Below, piece by piece: positions 39,414 to 53,547 of a stretch of 64,000 nucleotides of DNA. Below the pieces are notes generated by a model. The model had not been told where the DNA came from. It made no database searches and saw only the letters and a program-made list of their open reading frames with translations. The stretch is taken from the NCBI GenBank assembly GCA_964016885.1, contig OZ024750.1, forward strand, positions 36,332,001 to 36,396,000, in the 5' to 3' direction. A program made the position numbers and the translations under genes. This stretch comes from Eledone cirrhosa. Lineage: Eukaryota. Numbering within the stretch: the first letter of the stretch is position 1; the number at the start of each line of letters is the position of its first letter.

Positions 39414-41011
39414 TAGAAGCAGAATGACCCGGCGTTGCTCGGGATTTGCTCTAGGGTTCTTATATATTTGATATATATTTATCCTTATCGAGCCTCATGA
39501 AATAAATACGTTTGTTTATATTTTGTTATTGTGTATGCAAAAATATCTGTACACGAATATATAATTATATATAAGAGTACAGAGAAGTACGGAATACCTC
39601 GGCCTTGGGATGGTGTCTACACTTTGTGCTTATAAAATTAGTATCAATAAACTTTCCTGGATATACTCTTATCCCAATCTTGTACATACTTTCCGATTGT
39701 CACTTTTCGTTCTTTTCGTGTGATACGCGAAGGAACCAACCAACAAACATCTCTCTTTTATATCTCTTTTATTTGTTCATTCAAAATATTTTTCATCTAT
39801 CGTACAATATACATCAGTAATCCTTATCTAATGTTAAAAACATATGCACCATATCAATCAAAAACGATATGAGAATTGAATACCATACTCCATACTAAAG
39901 TGCCAGTAAGCTTGCTAAGAAGCTGCAGATAGAAATGTTAATAAAGACAACATTTGGCTTGGGTAAACTTTAAGATGTTCTTTCATTGTAGGTTTCTTTT
40001 CTCAGCCAGTACGTTAAAGAAAATTGATAGTTACAACAATAAATGTCGAACAGAGAACAAATTTTTTAACAAACCTTACAATAATTTGTACAACCATAAT
40101 GGAAATTCCAAGTAACAGAAAATACATAAATTACATTGTTAGAGCCTCAGAGTATACAATATTTTTTGTTCGGCCCTCGGGAGCAAAGATGAAGAGATTG
40201 TTTGGCGAGCTCACTCTAGAGCATCCTACATACAATTGACCATGGTTTTCCCAGATGAAGGCCAGCCACTTTTAGGGTTTGACCCTGACCTTTGTTGATG
40301 GTAATCGTGAAGCTTAGTCTCTCTGTTGCTCTAGTAACATTTTTTTTTCTGGAAAATCTGATCTTGCAGCCAGGCTAGGACATTTTGGGTGGCATATCGG
40401 CAGTAACAATGACGATAAGCCATCTGTGCTTTCGTGAAATAAATACGTTTGTTATAACATTTTTCCTTCTGGAAAGTCTGATCTTGTGGCCAGGCTAGGA
40501 CTTTTTGGGTGGCATATCGGCAGTAACAATGACGATAAGCCGTCTGTGCTTTCGTGAAATAAATATGGATGTTTATATTTTGTTTTTGTGTATGCAAAAA
40601 TATCTGTACACGAATATATAATTATATATATATATATATATATTAAAATAACAGATTAAAGTATAAGCAAAGAATCGCTGCTTTCAACCTTAATGGGATC
40701 TTCTGAAACTAAAAAATTCAATCTGTGAACACAGAAGTAAATATTTCGAAAAACGTTGCAACCGAAGGAAAACAGGAAGATGATACTTTGATTCGTGAAG
40801 ACGTTAGGAATGTCGTATAACTGGAAGTGTTGACATTTGAAAATATTTAAATAATGTCTTTAATCTTTTAACAAAATTCAGTAGACAAAAATACCCTGAT
40901 TTTCTTACTTGGAAAAAGTAACATCTATGGTCCAAATTTGATGCCGTTTGGTCCAGCCACTTGGTGGTAAATTTGTTACTTACATACGGCCGTCAGCTTT
41001 ATAGTATAGAT
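39414..41011 (+). mobile_element. Helitron/Helentron-like non-autonomous element with internal duplications
   Basis: 5' ACCCGGCGTTGCTCGGG hairpin and 3' CCAAATTTGATGCCGTTTGGTCCAG...CTTTATAGTATAGAT. It has a 120-bp tandem pair at 40335-40565, and 39498-39572 matches 40556-40630. Confidence 0.55.
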
Positions 41012-42350
41012 GTATTGATACTTTAACATATATCCCGTCCCACCACCCCCACCCCATCCACACCGCCCCCTTCTATGTAAAGTTATGTTGGTGCCACACC
41101 ATCCAGGCCGAAACAAATGAGATCGTGTAGGTGTCACGACAAAAAAACACACAGTCCACGCTGTAATGTGGCCGTGTAGGCAACACGGTAAAAACCTCCC
41201 AGACTCACACTGTAAATGTGGTTGGTGTTAGGAAGGGCATCCAACTGTAGAAAACCTGCCAGACAGTCCTATGCGAGCAAGACAATCACTCTTGCCTCAA
41301 GTGGGAATACCCCCGTCCAAACCCATGCAAGCGTGGAACACGGACGTTAAACGTTGATGATGATGATGATGATGATATACACACATACACACACACACAT
41401 ATATACATAAACACATACATAAATACACATACATACATACATACATATATATATTAACATTAGTTTTTGTAAATTTGGTATTTTTTATGATTGCAATATG
41501 CAAGGCGATCAATTGATATATTCTCTATTGATATTGATTCCATTTTTGCAAATGTAGGTAGTCTAAGTTTTGGTATAATTGCTACAGACAACAAAACCGA
41601 AATTTCAGCTATCACAGGAATGGCTTTTATGTATTTCCTGGAAAATATCATCATTAATAATAAATGAAGAAACAAAAATATATATACACTAGATTTTTTT
41701 CTCATATATAGAAAATGAACTTTTGTGAAAAATATCATTATATAGAACAGCAGCTGCAGTGGAAACATTTTCGAATGACTCATATTTACTATGTTCTTCT
41801 AAATGTATTTTGTTCAGGCAAGCTGAAAAAGCCTACAATTTGTGTTATTTTTATGCAATCTGATTAACTATTTGCAATAGCTGCTATCAAGAAATGTTTT
41901 CTAATTTCCTCGTAAATAAAATACATTCCTTCCATGAATATCAGATAATTGCTTCATAATTGAGTTTCTTGGCTCCTCCTTGTTCTTTTTTTTTTTATAA
42001 TATAATTGGCAGACTAAAAGGAATCAAAGATTTCAGTGAATCGATCCAACATTTCTTTTAGACAGATACAAACAAATTTTCATCAATGTTTTTAAAACTA
42101 TTATTTTCATAAGCAATGGCATTTTAACAATGAAAGGTATTCTTGAGATTTCAAAATAAATAAATAACTTAATTAAAATGATATATATATATCATAATAT
42201 ATATATATATATAATATATGGAAAGTTATATTTAAAATTGTTGGGTTACAACTAGTAAATATTTATAACTGATATAAAAGCACTCGACAAATATTTGGAG
42301 TATATTTACAATATTAAATAAATGGAAAACTATATTTATAAAACCATATT

Positions 42351-42416
42351 TATTTCATTATATATATTTCGGGGATATCATATTAACAATATGCTATGCC
42401 TTCATCAGACAAAATA
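42351..42416 (-). ncRNA. Minimal type I hammerhead ribozyme
   Basis: TATTTTGT-CTGATGA-AGGCATAGCATATT-GTT-AATATGATATCCCC-GAAA-TATATA-TA-ATGAAATA. Confidence 0.75.
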
Positions 42417-43718
42417 CAATATAAACAGTTTTATAGATAAATAGATTCGACATACCGTTATAACACCGACTTCATTTGAAGAGGTTTACGCTGGCAGTGA
42501 AAAAATTTTACACAGAGAGAAAGAAAGAGAGAAAACAGAAAGAAAGATAGAAAACGAAGAAAAGGAAGAAAAAGAAGAGAAAGAGGAAATGCATGGAACA
42601 AAATAGAGAGATGGAAAGATAGATAAAGCGAAGAACTTCATGTAAAGAAACAGAAAGAGATATATATATATATAGAGAGAGAGGAAATAGAGATAGATAC
42701 ATATATATATAGAAAATTAGGTAGTGGGAGGTCATTTTGAGTAAATGTATCAATGATACGTTTATTTATTTATTTATTTATTTAGCTCAAGTATTAATGT
42801 AAGGGAGACATATAGAGAGAGAAAAAAAATATAGAGAGAGGAAAAAAATAGCGAGAGAAAAAAATTAAAAAATATCCAGATATATTCGAGGCGTAAAAAC
42901 CCTATGTTTTAATGTATTAGTATTTATAAAACTTACACTATATTGTAAATATCAGTATTCCTGAATGAGACAAGTATCCAAAATGTGTGAAAATTAATTA
43001 TCTTATGTTTAGTCTTAAAAAAAAATTCATATGTTTATGTGACAGCTACAAACATCCATGCGAATCCAACTGATTCACTCTGCAAACTCTAAGTTCACGG
43101 AAAACATTCTCAATGTGGTATAAAAATTTGAGCATACAAATATGTGTATTATTATTCCTGTCATTACTCTACAAGATTATCTATCAAGCAGAAATAGAGA
43201 GCAGATTTCAATATACTAATAAAAATATATATCATAAACAAAACTAAAAATAAAAAGATAACAATAATAATAATAAGTAAAAATATAGAATATAGAATAG
43301 AAAACTAAAAAAATAGAAAACTAAAAAAATATTACGAAAGAATATTACATAATAAAAATATTATATATTAAACATACTACGTATTAAAAAATATTACGTA
43401 TTAAAAATTTACATATTAAAGATATTAAAAATAAAAATAAAATAAAAAATAAAAAATATTATAGAATACTACAATAATAAAAATAAAAATAAAAATAAAT
43501 AAAAAATAAATAAAAATAAAAATAAACCACAAAGATCAACCCTTCAAAGTTAATTGACAATATATTGCCAAGTTCATTACAAGACAAAGCCAAAAATTAT
43601 CTATCAAATCACATCTAGCAAAGATCATTTCAAAAAGATTATGATGTCCAATTAGGTCTACATATGTTCTTATATTTAATATAGAAGTTTATCTAGTGTA
43701 AGGTTTATTCAAAAAATT

Positions 43719-44078
43719 TGTAATGTTAATACTGACTCTAATTCTTTTAACTACGTCGGTTCCACATCGACGGAATTTAAACTTCGCTATAATAACCACA
43801 AGAATTCTTTCACAGATCCAAGTAAAAAATCTTCAACGGCACTATCAGGCGTACTCTGGCAACTTAAGCTAGATAACGTTAGATATTCGACGGCTTGGAA
43901 TATAGTCTCAAGAGGGATTCCTTTTAATTCAGCCTCTGAGACATGTGACCTCTGCGCAGAGGAGATATTCTTTATACTAAAATCTAAAAATTCCCTTAAC
44001 CTACGGACAAATTTATTCAGTTGTTGCAAACATAGATTAAACTCAACGTTTAAATATAAATTTAAATTTAAAATGTAG
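43719..44078 (+). pseudogene. PLE GIY-YIG endonuclease C-terminal fragment (no start codon, absent from the ORF track)
   Basis: CNVNTDSNSFNYVGSTSTEFKLRYNNHKNSF...STALSGVLWQLK...CDLCAEE...LNLRTNLFSCCKHR...M*, an uninterrupted frame. Confidence 0.9.
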
Positions 44079-45547
44079 TATATTTAGTTTGATTTATATT
44101 TATATGGGAAACTAGCCGATAAATTTTTTATTCCTAAATCTTTGATTCCTTCTTTTTACTCTTTTTTTATTGTTTATTTTTATTTTTATTTTATTTTTAT
44201 CTAAACATTCCTCATGAAAAATTAAGCTACCCTAAAAGCTGATGCTCCAAATTTTTTGAATAAACCTTACACTAGATAAACTTCTATATTAAATATAAGA
44301 ACATATGTAGACCTAATTGGACATCATAATCTTTTTGAAATGATCTTTGCTAGATGTGATTTGATAGATAATTTTTGGCTTTGTCTTGTAATGAACTTGG
44401 CAATATATTGTCAATTAACTTTGAAGGGTTGATCTTTGTGGTTTATTTTTATTTTTATTTATTTTTTATTTATTTTTATTTTTATTTTTATTATTGTAGT
44501 ATTCTATAATATTTTTTATTTTTTATTTTATTTTTATTTTTAATATCTTTAATATGTAAATTTTTAATACGTAATATTTTTTAATACGTAGTATGTTTAA
44601 TATATATTTTTATTATGTAATATTCTTTCGGAATATTTTTTTAGTTTTCTATTTTTTTAGTTTTCTATTCTATATTCTATATTTTTACTTATTATTATTA
44701 TTGTTATCTTTTTATTTTTAGTTTTGTTTATGATATATATTTTTATTAGTATATTGAAATCTGCTCTCTATTTCTGCTTGATAGATAATCTTGTAGAGTA
44801 ATGACAGGAATAATAATACACATATTTGTATGCTCAAATTTTTATACCACATTGAGAATGTTTTCCGTGAGCTTAGAGTTTGCAGAGTGAATCAGTTGGA
44901 TTCGCATGGATGTTTGTAGCTATCACATAAACATATGAATTTTTTTTAAAACTAAACATAAGATAATTAATTTTCACACATTTTGGATACTTGTCTCATT
45001 CAGGAATACTGATATTTACAATATAGTGTAAGTTTTATAAATACTAATACATTAAAACATAGGGTTTTTACGCCTCGAATATATCTGGATATTTTTTAAT
45101 TTTTTTCTCTCGCTATTTTTTTCCTCTCTCTATATTTTTTTTCTCTCTCTATATGTCTCCCTTACATTAATACTTGAGCTAAATAAATAAATAAATAAAT
45201 AAACGTATCATTGATACATTTACTCAAAATGACCTCCCACTACCTAATTTTCTATATATATATGTATCTATCTCTATTTCCTCTCTCTCTATATATATAT
45301 ATATCTCTTTCTGTTTCTTTACATGAAGTTCTTCGCTTTATCTATCTTTCCATCTCTCTATTTTGTTCCATGCATTTCCTCTTTCTCTTCTTTTTCTTCC
45401 TTTTCTTCGTTTTCTATCTTTCTTTCTGTTTTCTCTCTTTCTTTCTCTCTGTGTAAAATTTTTTCACTGCCAGCGTAAACCTCTTCAAATGAAGTCGGTG
45501 TTATAACGGTATGTCGAATCTATTTATCTATAAAACTGTTTATATTG

Positions 45548-45612
45548 TATTTTGTCTGATGAAGGCATAGCATATTGTTAATATGATATCCCCGAAATAT
45601 ATATAATAAATA
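45548..45612 (+). ncRNA. Minimal type I hammerhead ribozyme
   Basis: Same motif as 42351-42416, with a small deletion in the 3' strand of stem I. Confidence 0.7.
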
Positions 45613-45894
45613 TGGTTTTATAAATATAGTTTTCCATTTATTTAATATTGTATATATATAATATATATATATATAATATATATATATATATATCAGGGTG
45701 GTGGATTGGCAGTATTGGTAGAGGGTCAGACGCCATGCTTTGACGTATAGAGTTTATCATTCTGAGTTCAAAACCCGCCAAGGTTACCTTTGCCTTTCAT
45801 CCTTACGGGGTCGATAAAATAAAGTACCAGTAATGCACTGGGTAATTGCTGGCCTTGTGCCTAAAGTAGAAACAATTATATATATATATAAATA

Positions 45895-46375
45895 TATCTC
45901 CTTCAACTGCCCAGATGGTTCTATAGAAATAGTAGACACTTTCCATTACCTGGGTGACAAAATCAACAGTGTAGGAGGGTGCTCTGAAAGTGTAGTAGCC
46001 AGAGTTAGAACGGGATATAAAATGTTCAGAGAGTTTATTACTGCTGTTGGCCACAAGTGGGTTTTCTCTAAAAGTGAAAGCAGATTGTATGATGCTTGTT
46101 TATGAATGGTGATATTACATGGTAGCGAGACTTGGGCGTTGTGTGCTGAAGACTTGCATAGATTAGAAAGAAATTAAGCTTGCACGCTCCGATGGATGTG
46201 TAATAGAAATATACCCAAACAGCAAAGCATAAATAAATTGAGAGAGAGACTAAGCATAAGAGCTATCCAATGTTGTGTTCTGGAGAGAAGATTGCATTGG
46301 TATGGACATGTGATGCGTATGAAGGACGACAGCTGTATAAAAAAATGCAAAGCAATGAAAATTGATGGAAATTGT
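45895..46375 (+). mobile_element. Decayed RTE LINE 3' coding fragment
   Basis: SFNCPDGSIEIVDTFHYLGD...RLYDACL...[12 protein letters not shown], with stops and frameshifts. Confidence 0.88.
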
Positions 46376-46584
46376 TATCACTCCCAGGTCTGCTCTGGCC
46401 CTGAGTAGTTGTACCTGTTAGGGCCCCATTTATGGGTTAAATAATTACCTTATTCGAGTGGCACTGGTAAGGTATTATCAGCCATTGAAAAGAGTCATGG
46501 AGAGTGTATTTAACAGCACTAGGGTTAGAGCCCCTAACTTCACTTTATGTAGTTAGGGGTTCTAACACTTTATGTAGTTATGAC

Positions 46585-47610
46585 CCTGCTGGTTTAGAGC
46601 CACAGGGAGAGTCAGTGGATGATGGATCCGCTGTCTCTGACGCAAATATAAAGAATACAGTTTTGTCCTGCAGAAGAACCATTAAAATGGGCACTCTGAG
46701 TGCGAGGACTGTTCGGATGCTGGAGAAGAGAGAGGAGTTGGGTCATCTGTTCGAGGAGAGTGGTATGCAGATACTTGCGATCCAAGAAAACAGGATCCTA
46801 CATGATGAGCCCGTGAAGAGAGTGATGATTGGGAAGAGGAGCCAGCCATCACCACATCGGCAGTGAGGAATACAACAAATGCTGCAGTAGGAGGAGTGGG
46901 TTTTGTGTTCAGTGCAAAAACCAATCTATTGGTAAGGAAAATCATACCTGTCTCCCCACAAGTGTTGAGGGTGACCTTCAATGGAAACCCAAAACTGACA
47001 GTCATCTCAGCCTAGAGTCCAACCAAGGGAGACAGTGATGTGAGTGCAGAGGAGTTCCATGAGGAGGTGTGTAGAGCTGTCAACACGCACCAGCTCATAA
47101 CATCCTGCTTGTTCTGGGTGACTTCAATGCACATCTGAGTAAGGAGAGCAGTGAAGATCCTTGCTGGTACTTCCATAACAACACCAACCGAAATGGAAGA
47201 CTACTGAATGACACCCTGTTGGAGGCAAACTTGATGGCGACCAACCTAAAGTTTAGGAAGAATCCGGGGAAGATATGGACCTACATCTCTGATATGTTCC
47301 TGTCCAAGTCCCAGATTGATTTCATTCTGGTGAGGAAAAAGTGTCAGAATAGTGTTCTGAACACAGAACCATCCAACTATTTCAGTACACTGGGTAGTGA
47401 CCACCGGCTTGTTATGAGTGAGGTCTGGGTAAGCTTAAGAAAGAGTAAGGCTCAGCCCCAGAGAGTAATCTATGACTGGAGAGCTTTCAAAGAAGATGAT
47501 AAGCTACGGGTGAGGTGGACAGTGTTCTGTGTGGAGAGGCAGAGGAGTGAGAGATTGGAGTGATGAGGAGGTACAGGTACTTCACCAATACAGTGGCAGA
47601 AGCAAGTGAG
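46585..47610 (+). mobile_element. Decayed LINE 5' part, APE endonuclease domain of a different RTE-like family
   Basis: MGTLSARTV..ILAIQENR, LGDFNAH, SQIDFILV and GSDHRLV motifs spread across frameshifts. Confidence 0.8.
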
Positions 47611-48215
47611 AGTTAAATACAGTGTTTACCTCTGATCAAATAATCCGAATACTGGAGGTTTTACATTGGTATTTATAGATACAACAGAGAATCAAAACAA
47701 TAACATCAATAATAAAAGATAATAATAAAGAAGTAAAGAAGTTAGAATGAAGATGATAAAGATGTAAAAATTAAGTAAAAAAATAATAAGTACAGAATAC
47801 GATTGCTGATAATAGTGGTGGTGATTAAAGTTACGGTGGTGGGTAAGTATATGTGTAAAGATTTGGTGAGGGTAGAGATAATACTATCATGAAAGGAAAC
47901 ATTAAATACATACATATGTAGTGGTCAAATCTCAGAGGGTTAGAGTAGAAAATAAAACATAGTAATAAATGACAGTTAAAAGATAATAAATTAAAAATTA
48001 AGTGAGAGAAGAGATACAGGACAGGAGACAGGGATGGGGGTGGCGATATGATAAGATGATAAGATGATACATGTGATAAATGTCTGGCAGGCTGATTGTC
48101 AGGCTGAGAGTGAAAGAAAGGTTATGAGATTTATGATGTTGATTTAGTGACCAGTTGGGGTCAGTTGACAGCTATTTAACAGTGGGGTGGTATGTGTATA
48201 TATGTATATATGTGT

Positions 48216-50766
48216 ATATAGAGGGAGAGTGGGAATTTCTGAAAGCAAACCTGCTGTTGGCGACAGACGAGGTCTGTGGCTGGAGCAGGCCTGTAGGCAG
48301 GAGGAGAGTAACATGGTGGTGGAACAGTAAGGTGGAGGGGTCAATTAAGGCCAAAAAGCAGGCTTGGAAAGTATGGCGGGATGGGGGAAGTAGAGAGGAC
48401 TATCAAGTGGCCAGGAGGGAAGCTAGGAGACAAGTGTACTTAGCAAGAAGGGAAGCTGAGGAAAGAAAGTTCAAGCATGTTCTACAACGCGATGACCAAA
48501 AACGTGAGGTGTTCAGGATTGCTAGGCAATGCGTCAAGGAAAACCGTGATATTGTCGGGGAGAAGTGTGTACTAAACGACGATGGCACACTTGCCATCAC
48601 CGACGCTGATAAGAAGGTAGCTTGGAAGTGTCACTATGAAAGGCTTCTAAATGAGGAGAATAATTGGGAGAAAGGCAGTCTCCCCCATATCGACCCAATA
48701 GAGGGACCAGCAGTGTTAGTCGAGGGGAGTATAATAAGTAAGGCAATCAAGGATATGAAGACTGGTAAGGCGGCTGGGCCTTCGGAAATAGTTGCTGAGA
48801 TGCTGAAGGCATCTGGCACGGTGGGACACACCATGGTCACCCGCATAGTTAACCAAGTCGTACAAAACGGGGTTGTTCCGAAGGACTGGCATAGCAGCAT
48901 CATCGTTAACTGTTATAAGGGTAAAGGAGACGCCCTAGATAGGAGTAACTATAGAGGCATTAAATTAATCGACCAGGTCATGAAGGTCACGGAAAGAGTA
49001 ATAGCGCAACTAATCAGAGAGAGAATTGACCTAGATGAAATGCAGTTCGGGTTTGTGTCAGGCAAAAGTACCACAGACGCTCTTTTCATAGTACGACAAC
49101 TACAAGAGAAGTACCTAGCTAAAGGTAAACCCCTCTACTTAGCTTTTGTCGACTTGGAGAAAGCCTTCGACAGAGTCCCCCGCTCCATTATCTGGTGGGC
49201 TCTTAGAAAACTAGGCGTTGACGAATGGCTTGTGAGGGCTATACAAGCCATGTATAAAGAAACAGTCAGCAAGGTTAGAATTAACAACGAATATAGTGAA
49301 GAGTTTAGCGTAAAAGTCGGCGTCCATCAGGGCTCTGTTCTCAGTCCACTACTATTTATTATTGCCCTTCAGGCCATAACAGAGGAGTTCAAGACAGGCT
49401 GCCCATGGGAACTCCTATACGCAGACGACCTGACACTCATAGCGGAATCAATGGCCGAGCTAGAGAAGAAATTCCAAACATGGAAGCACGGCCTAGAGTC
49501 AAAAGGACTTAAAATTAACCTGGCTAAGACCAAAGTACTAGTTTGTAGGAAAGAAAACAAGGCGGCGGTCCCTTCTGGGAAATGGTCGTGCTCGGTGTGT
49601 AGGAAAGGCGTAGGTAGAAACTCCATTTTATGTCCTAAATGCAAAGTATGGGTGCATAAAAGATGTAGTGGGATCACAGGTAGGCTAACTAAGAACATAG
49701 ATTTTACATGTGGCCGGTGCTCTGGTGCAATAAGTAGCAGCAAGTGCCCACAAACTACTAGCTCTTTCAATTGCGCAGAGGGTTCTATAGAAATAGTGGA
49801 CAGCTTCCGTTACCTGGGCGATAAAATCAGCAGTGGGGGAGGGTGCTCTGAAAGTACTGTAGCTAGAGTCAGAACTGGTTGGAAAAAGTTCAGAGAGCTT
49901 ATACCACTATTAGCTGCTAAAGGGTTCTCACTAAAAATGAAAGGCAGGTTGTACGATGCCTGCATACGAACAGCAATGCTGCATGGCAGTGAGACCTGGG
50001 CATTGTGTGCAGAGGATATATGCAGACTAGAGAGGAACGAAGCTTGCATGCTCCGCTGGATGTGTAACAGTAATATACGTGAACGGCAAAGCATAAACGA
50101 ACTAAGGAATAAATTAGAGATAAGAGGGATCAGATGTTGTTTACTCGAGAGAAGGCTACGTTGGTATGGACACGTGATGCGCATGAAAGTCGATAGCTGT
50201 ATAACAAAGTGCAGGGCAATAAAGATAGACGGTAGTCACGGAATAGGCAGACCTAGAAAAACCTGGGACGAGCTGATAAACTCCGACATCACACACTTAC
50301 ACCTCTCCAAGACAATGTCACTGGACCGAGACCTTTGGCGGTACTCAGTAACAGAGAAGACCCGCCTTACCTAAATATATAGTAAAACCTACTCCAGCCA
50401 GTAGGCATCTCTAACAAATACACCCCGTCCCACCACCCCCACCCGATCCACACCACCCCGTTCTATGTAAAGTTATGTTGGTGCCGCGCCATCGAGGCCG
50501 AAACAAATGAGATCGTGTAGGTGTCACGACAAAAAAACACACAGTCCACGCTGTAATGTGGCCGTGTAGGCAACACGGTAAAAACCTCCCAGACCCACAC
50601 TGTAAATGTGGTTGGTGTTAGGAAGGGCATCCAACTGTAGAAAACCTGCCAGACAGTCCTATGCGAGCAAGACAATCACTCTTGCCTCAAGTGGGACTAC
50701 CCCCGTCCAAACCCATGCAAGCGTGGAACACGGACGTTAAACGTTGATGATGATGATGATGATGAT
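48216..50766 (+). mobile_element. Young 5'-truncated RTE LINE (RT and PHD-like finger intact)
   Basis: ORF 48155-50374 is nearly identical to the 59076 ORF from IEGEWEF onward. It has the YADD motif, a 3' UTR and an (ATG)n tail. Confidence 0.96.
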
Positions 50767-50774
50767 ATACATAT

Positions 50775-50937
50775 ATAAAAACAAATAACGAAACGAAATT
50801 AAATTTCGTTTCGTTTGTAACTCACTTTTGTATGACTGACGCTTAAACAATTAAGTTAAAATTGTTTAAGCTTCATTCATATAAAAGTGAGTTACAAACG
50901 AAACGAAATTTAATTTCGTTTCGTTATTTGTTTTTAT
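50775..50937. repeat. Nested palindrome upstream of a hammerhead
   Basis: Inverted arms of about 75 bp, each containing its own hairpin AACGAAACGAAAT..ATTTCGTTTCGTT. Confidence 0.9.
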
Positions 50938-51063
50938 CGTCTCCGTTGAACCGGTACGTACTCACGCTCTATGCAAATTAGTCTGCCCACTACTAATTTT
51001 CATAGAAAAAGCATATAACGATATGTGCTTTTACGATTCTCTAGAAAGGCCGGAAGATAGGTA

Positions 51064-51108
51064 AATATTGCTGATGAGATGTAACAACATCGAAACTAGT
51101 CCAATATT
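51064..51108 (+). ncRNA. Canonical minimal type I hammerhead ribozyme
   Basis: AATATTG-CTGATGA-GATGT-AACA-ACATC-GAAA-CTAG-TC-CAATATT. Stems I and II are perfect, stem III is palindromic and the site is GUC. Confidence 0.92.
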
Positions 51109-51360
51109 CCTTGTCTGGCTTTCTGGAGAATAGAGGAAAGGTGTTTCCTCAAAAACCAGTATGACTCTAAAAACCGGTTTGTCTGTGTGTTTACATACAG
51201 AATAGCTGGACACTCACAGTAAAGTGACCAGTGAAAAACTCGGTACATCTACATATGTACACGTGTGTGTATTCATATGCATACTAGTATTTCAGTATAC
51301 ATATGTGGATGTACATTTTTAACTTAATTGTTTATACATATATATATATATATATAGATA

Positions 51361-53547
51361 TAAAATAAAGTTAAATAAAAGTCAAATGATTAAAATTTAG
51401 CTTCGTTTATTACTGCTATATATATTTCAGTGACAGCCATCTTTGGCTGTGACCTCTTCAGGCAGTTTGAATTAGTATGGTATAGACAAGTACATATGTT
51501 GTTTAGGTGTATGATATTGTCAATACTCTGATATGCCCAGTTCCTTGTTGGGTTGTTAATTCACTGGGGAACTGGAGTCATATGAATTCAAACAAACGAA
51601 TTTCAGTGTCACAGGTCCCCTTCTCCTCTCATTGGTCAGTTATTTGAACATTCCTCATTCTAAGTGTTGTTATTGTTGGAGTTAGCTTAAAAATTGATAA
51701 AATGGTAGAAGGGACAAGGTGTTAAAGGAACAAAATAACAAAATAACAAAAAAAGTGTCAAACTTCCCATTGTTCAGTTCTGAGAGCATTCCTCAGTCAG
51801 AAGTCTATAGAATTCTTTCTGGGGTGAGGCTCCCTGTAGTGTTTTTGCCTGCTATTGTTCAGTACATTTGACCTCCACCATTATTTTGGTACTGTTGTTG
51901 TTGTAGTGGTCAGCTTATATCTTGCTGCTGCTGCTAACAATTTAGAAGTATCCAGTTTGTGTTTTTTCTTCATCCCTCCCGCCACCATCGTAGTGGTGGT
52001 GGTGGGGGGGGGGGGGGTTCTTTCATGTATATGAAGAAATATATGGCAATAAATGAAGAAAATAGAAAATAAATAAATAATATAATAAAGTAATTAATAT
52101 AATTTGTGTAATTTGAAAATAAATAAATAAATAGAGAATAAAGAATAAAGAGTAAATGAGAGATTGGTGAAAAAGTAATGATAATGTATATGGAGAGGTG
52201 AGAAATAATGTAGGATAAAGTGTGTGTGTGTGTGCTATAACCAATCTCAAGGTCAGAATATGTTGGATAGATTGGTATGAGACAAGATGTTAAGATGAGA
52301 TATTCAATGTGTTTGTGTTATAATCTATCTCAACTTAAAATAAATATAAGATGATACAGTGAAGAGGGCAGAAAACAGAAAACAAATTAATAAAGAGAAA
52401 TCAAGATTTAAGATTGGAACTTGAAAGTCAGAAATCTGGTAAATTAAAAGTGTTTGTGTTATAGATGTTGGCCAAATTATTATGGCTGTGTCCGATTCTA
52501 TCTCTAGGCTATCATGGTGTCTGCTCTGCCTGGGTTGTTCCCTGTGGCTTGAGGGGAGTTCACAACCTAGGGTGTTGTTATTGCCCATATAGCTTGAGGG
52601 AGGTCTGGCCGAGAGGTGTTTTCATGTTCTGTAGAAGTCCCTATAGCTTGAGGGGAGTTCACATCTTCTTGTGTTGCTACTGTCCATATATCTTGAGAAA
52701 GGTGCCGGCTCTAAGGTGTCTGCATGTCCCGAAGAAGTCGGTTCTGAGGTTTATCAGGCCGCTTCCACCTCTTAATATCTCGAGGGTCTCGTTCAGGCAT
52801 AGTTTGCATATGCAAGATCCCCCTTTATCGGGTGGTACTTTCCTGATTATGTACCAGACCAGAGAGTATGGGGTCCTGTCCAGCTTAAGCTTCCAGATCA
52901 GGTCGGAGAGAGCTGTGCTTTTCCTTTTGGACTCCTTCTTGAATGAATGGCGATGGTTGTACCAGCGGTCCTTAAAGCTCGTTGATGTGGGTCCTATGTA
53001 GAGGTGTTCGGAGTTGGGGGTTTTAACCCGACAACCATACACTAGGTTCTTCTTGAGACATTCATTACCAAGGGGGCATGATTTGGGGTTTCTGCAGTTG
53101 CAGAGGGTGGTCGGCCTCTGCGTGCCTAGATTAGGGTTCTCATTATGTGTTACATGTTGGTCTTCCCCCATGCTCGGTGGGGGGTCCTTGGGTCTGTTTG
53201 TGTTTCTTGGGTGGGCTCTGGGTCCCCTCTTCCCTCATTTCACATGGTTCTGCTGAGTGTTTGTATTGCCATCTTCTGGTTGTGTGTGTTTTTTAAGCCT
53301 ACTTCTGTTGATGCTAGCTATGTGTTGGGCCAAATTTCTCGTGGTGGAATACGAAATCTTCACAGTGTGTCTGTTGAAGATCCTGTGGTATCTGTGGTCC
53401 CTCGGGAAGCATTTGTCAAGTGCTCCAAAGAATAATCGGGCCAAGCTTTTCTTTAGGGCCGCTGAGTAGGGTGGGTTGTACCACGTGATTTGTCGGTGTC
53501 TTCTCCTATATGTGTGGGTTGGGGGCTTCGTGATTTGTTGGAGATTT
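51361..53547 (-). mobile_element. Penelope-like element 3' portion (left arm of 4.4-kb palindrome)
   Basis: ORFs 53235-53567 and 52677-53171 mirror those of the right arm. Confidence 0.93.
51412..51466 (-). ncRNA. Minimal type I hammerhead ribozyme
   Basis: Reverse complement of 55616-55670. Confidence 0.85.

Larger units (their letters stand above)
42307..45652 (+). mobile_element. 5'-truncated Penelope-like element preceded by an inverted copy of its 1.4-kb 3' end
   Basis: The arms 42307-43720 and 44248-45652 are near-identical reverse complements. The spacer encodes a GIY-YIG C-terminus and there is a hammerhead near both tips. Confidence 0.92.
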
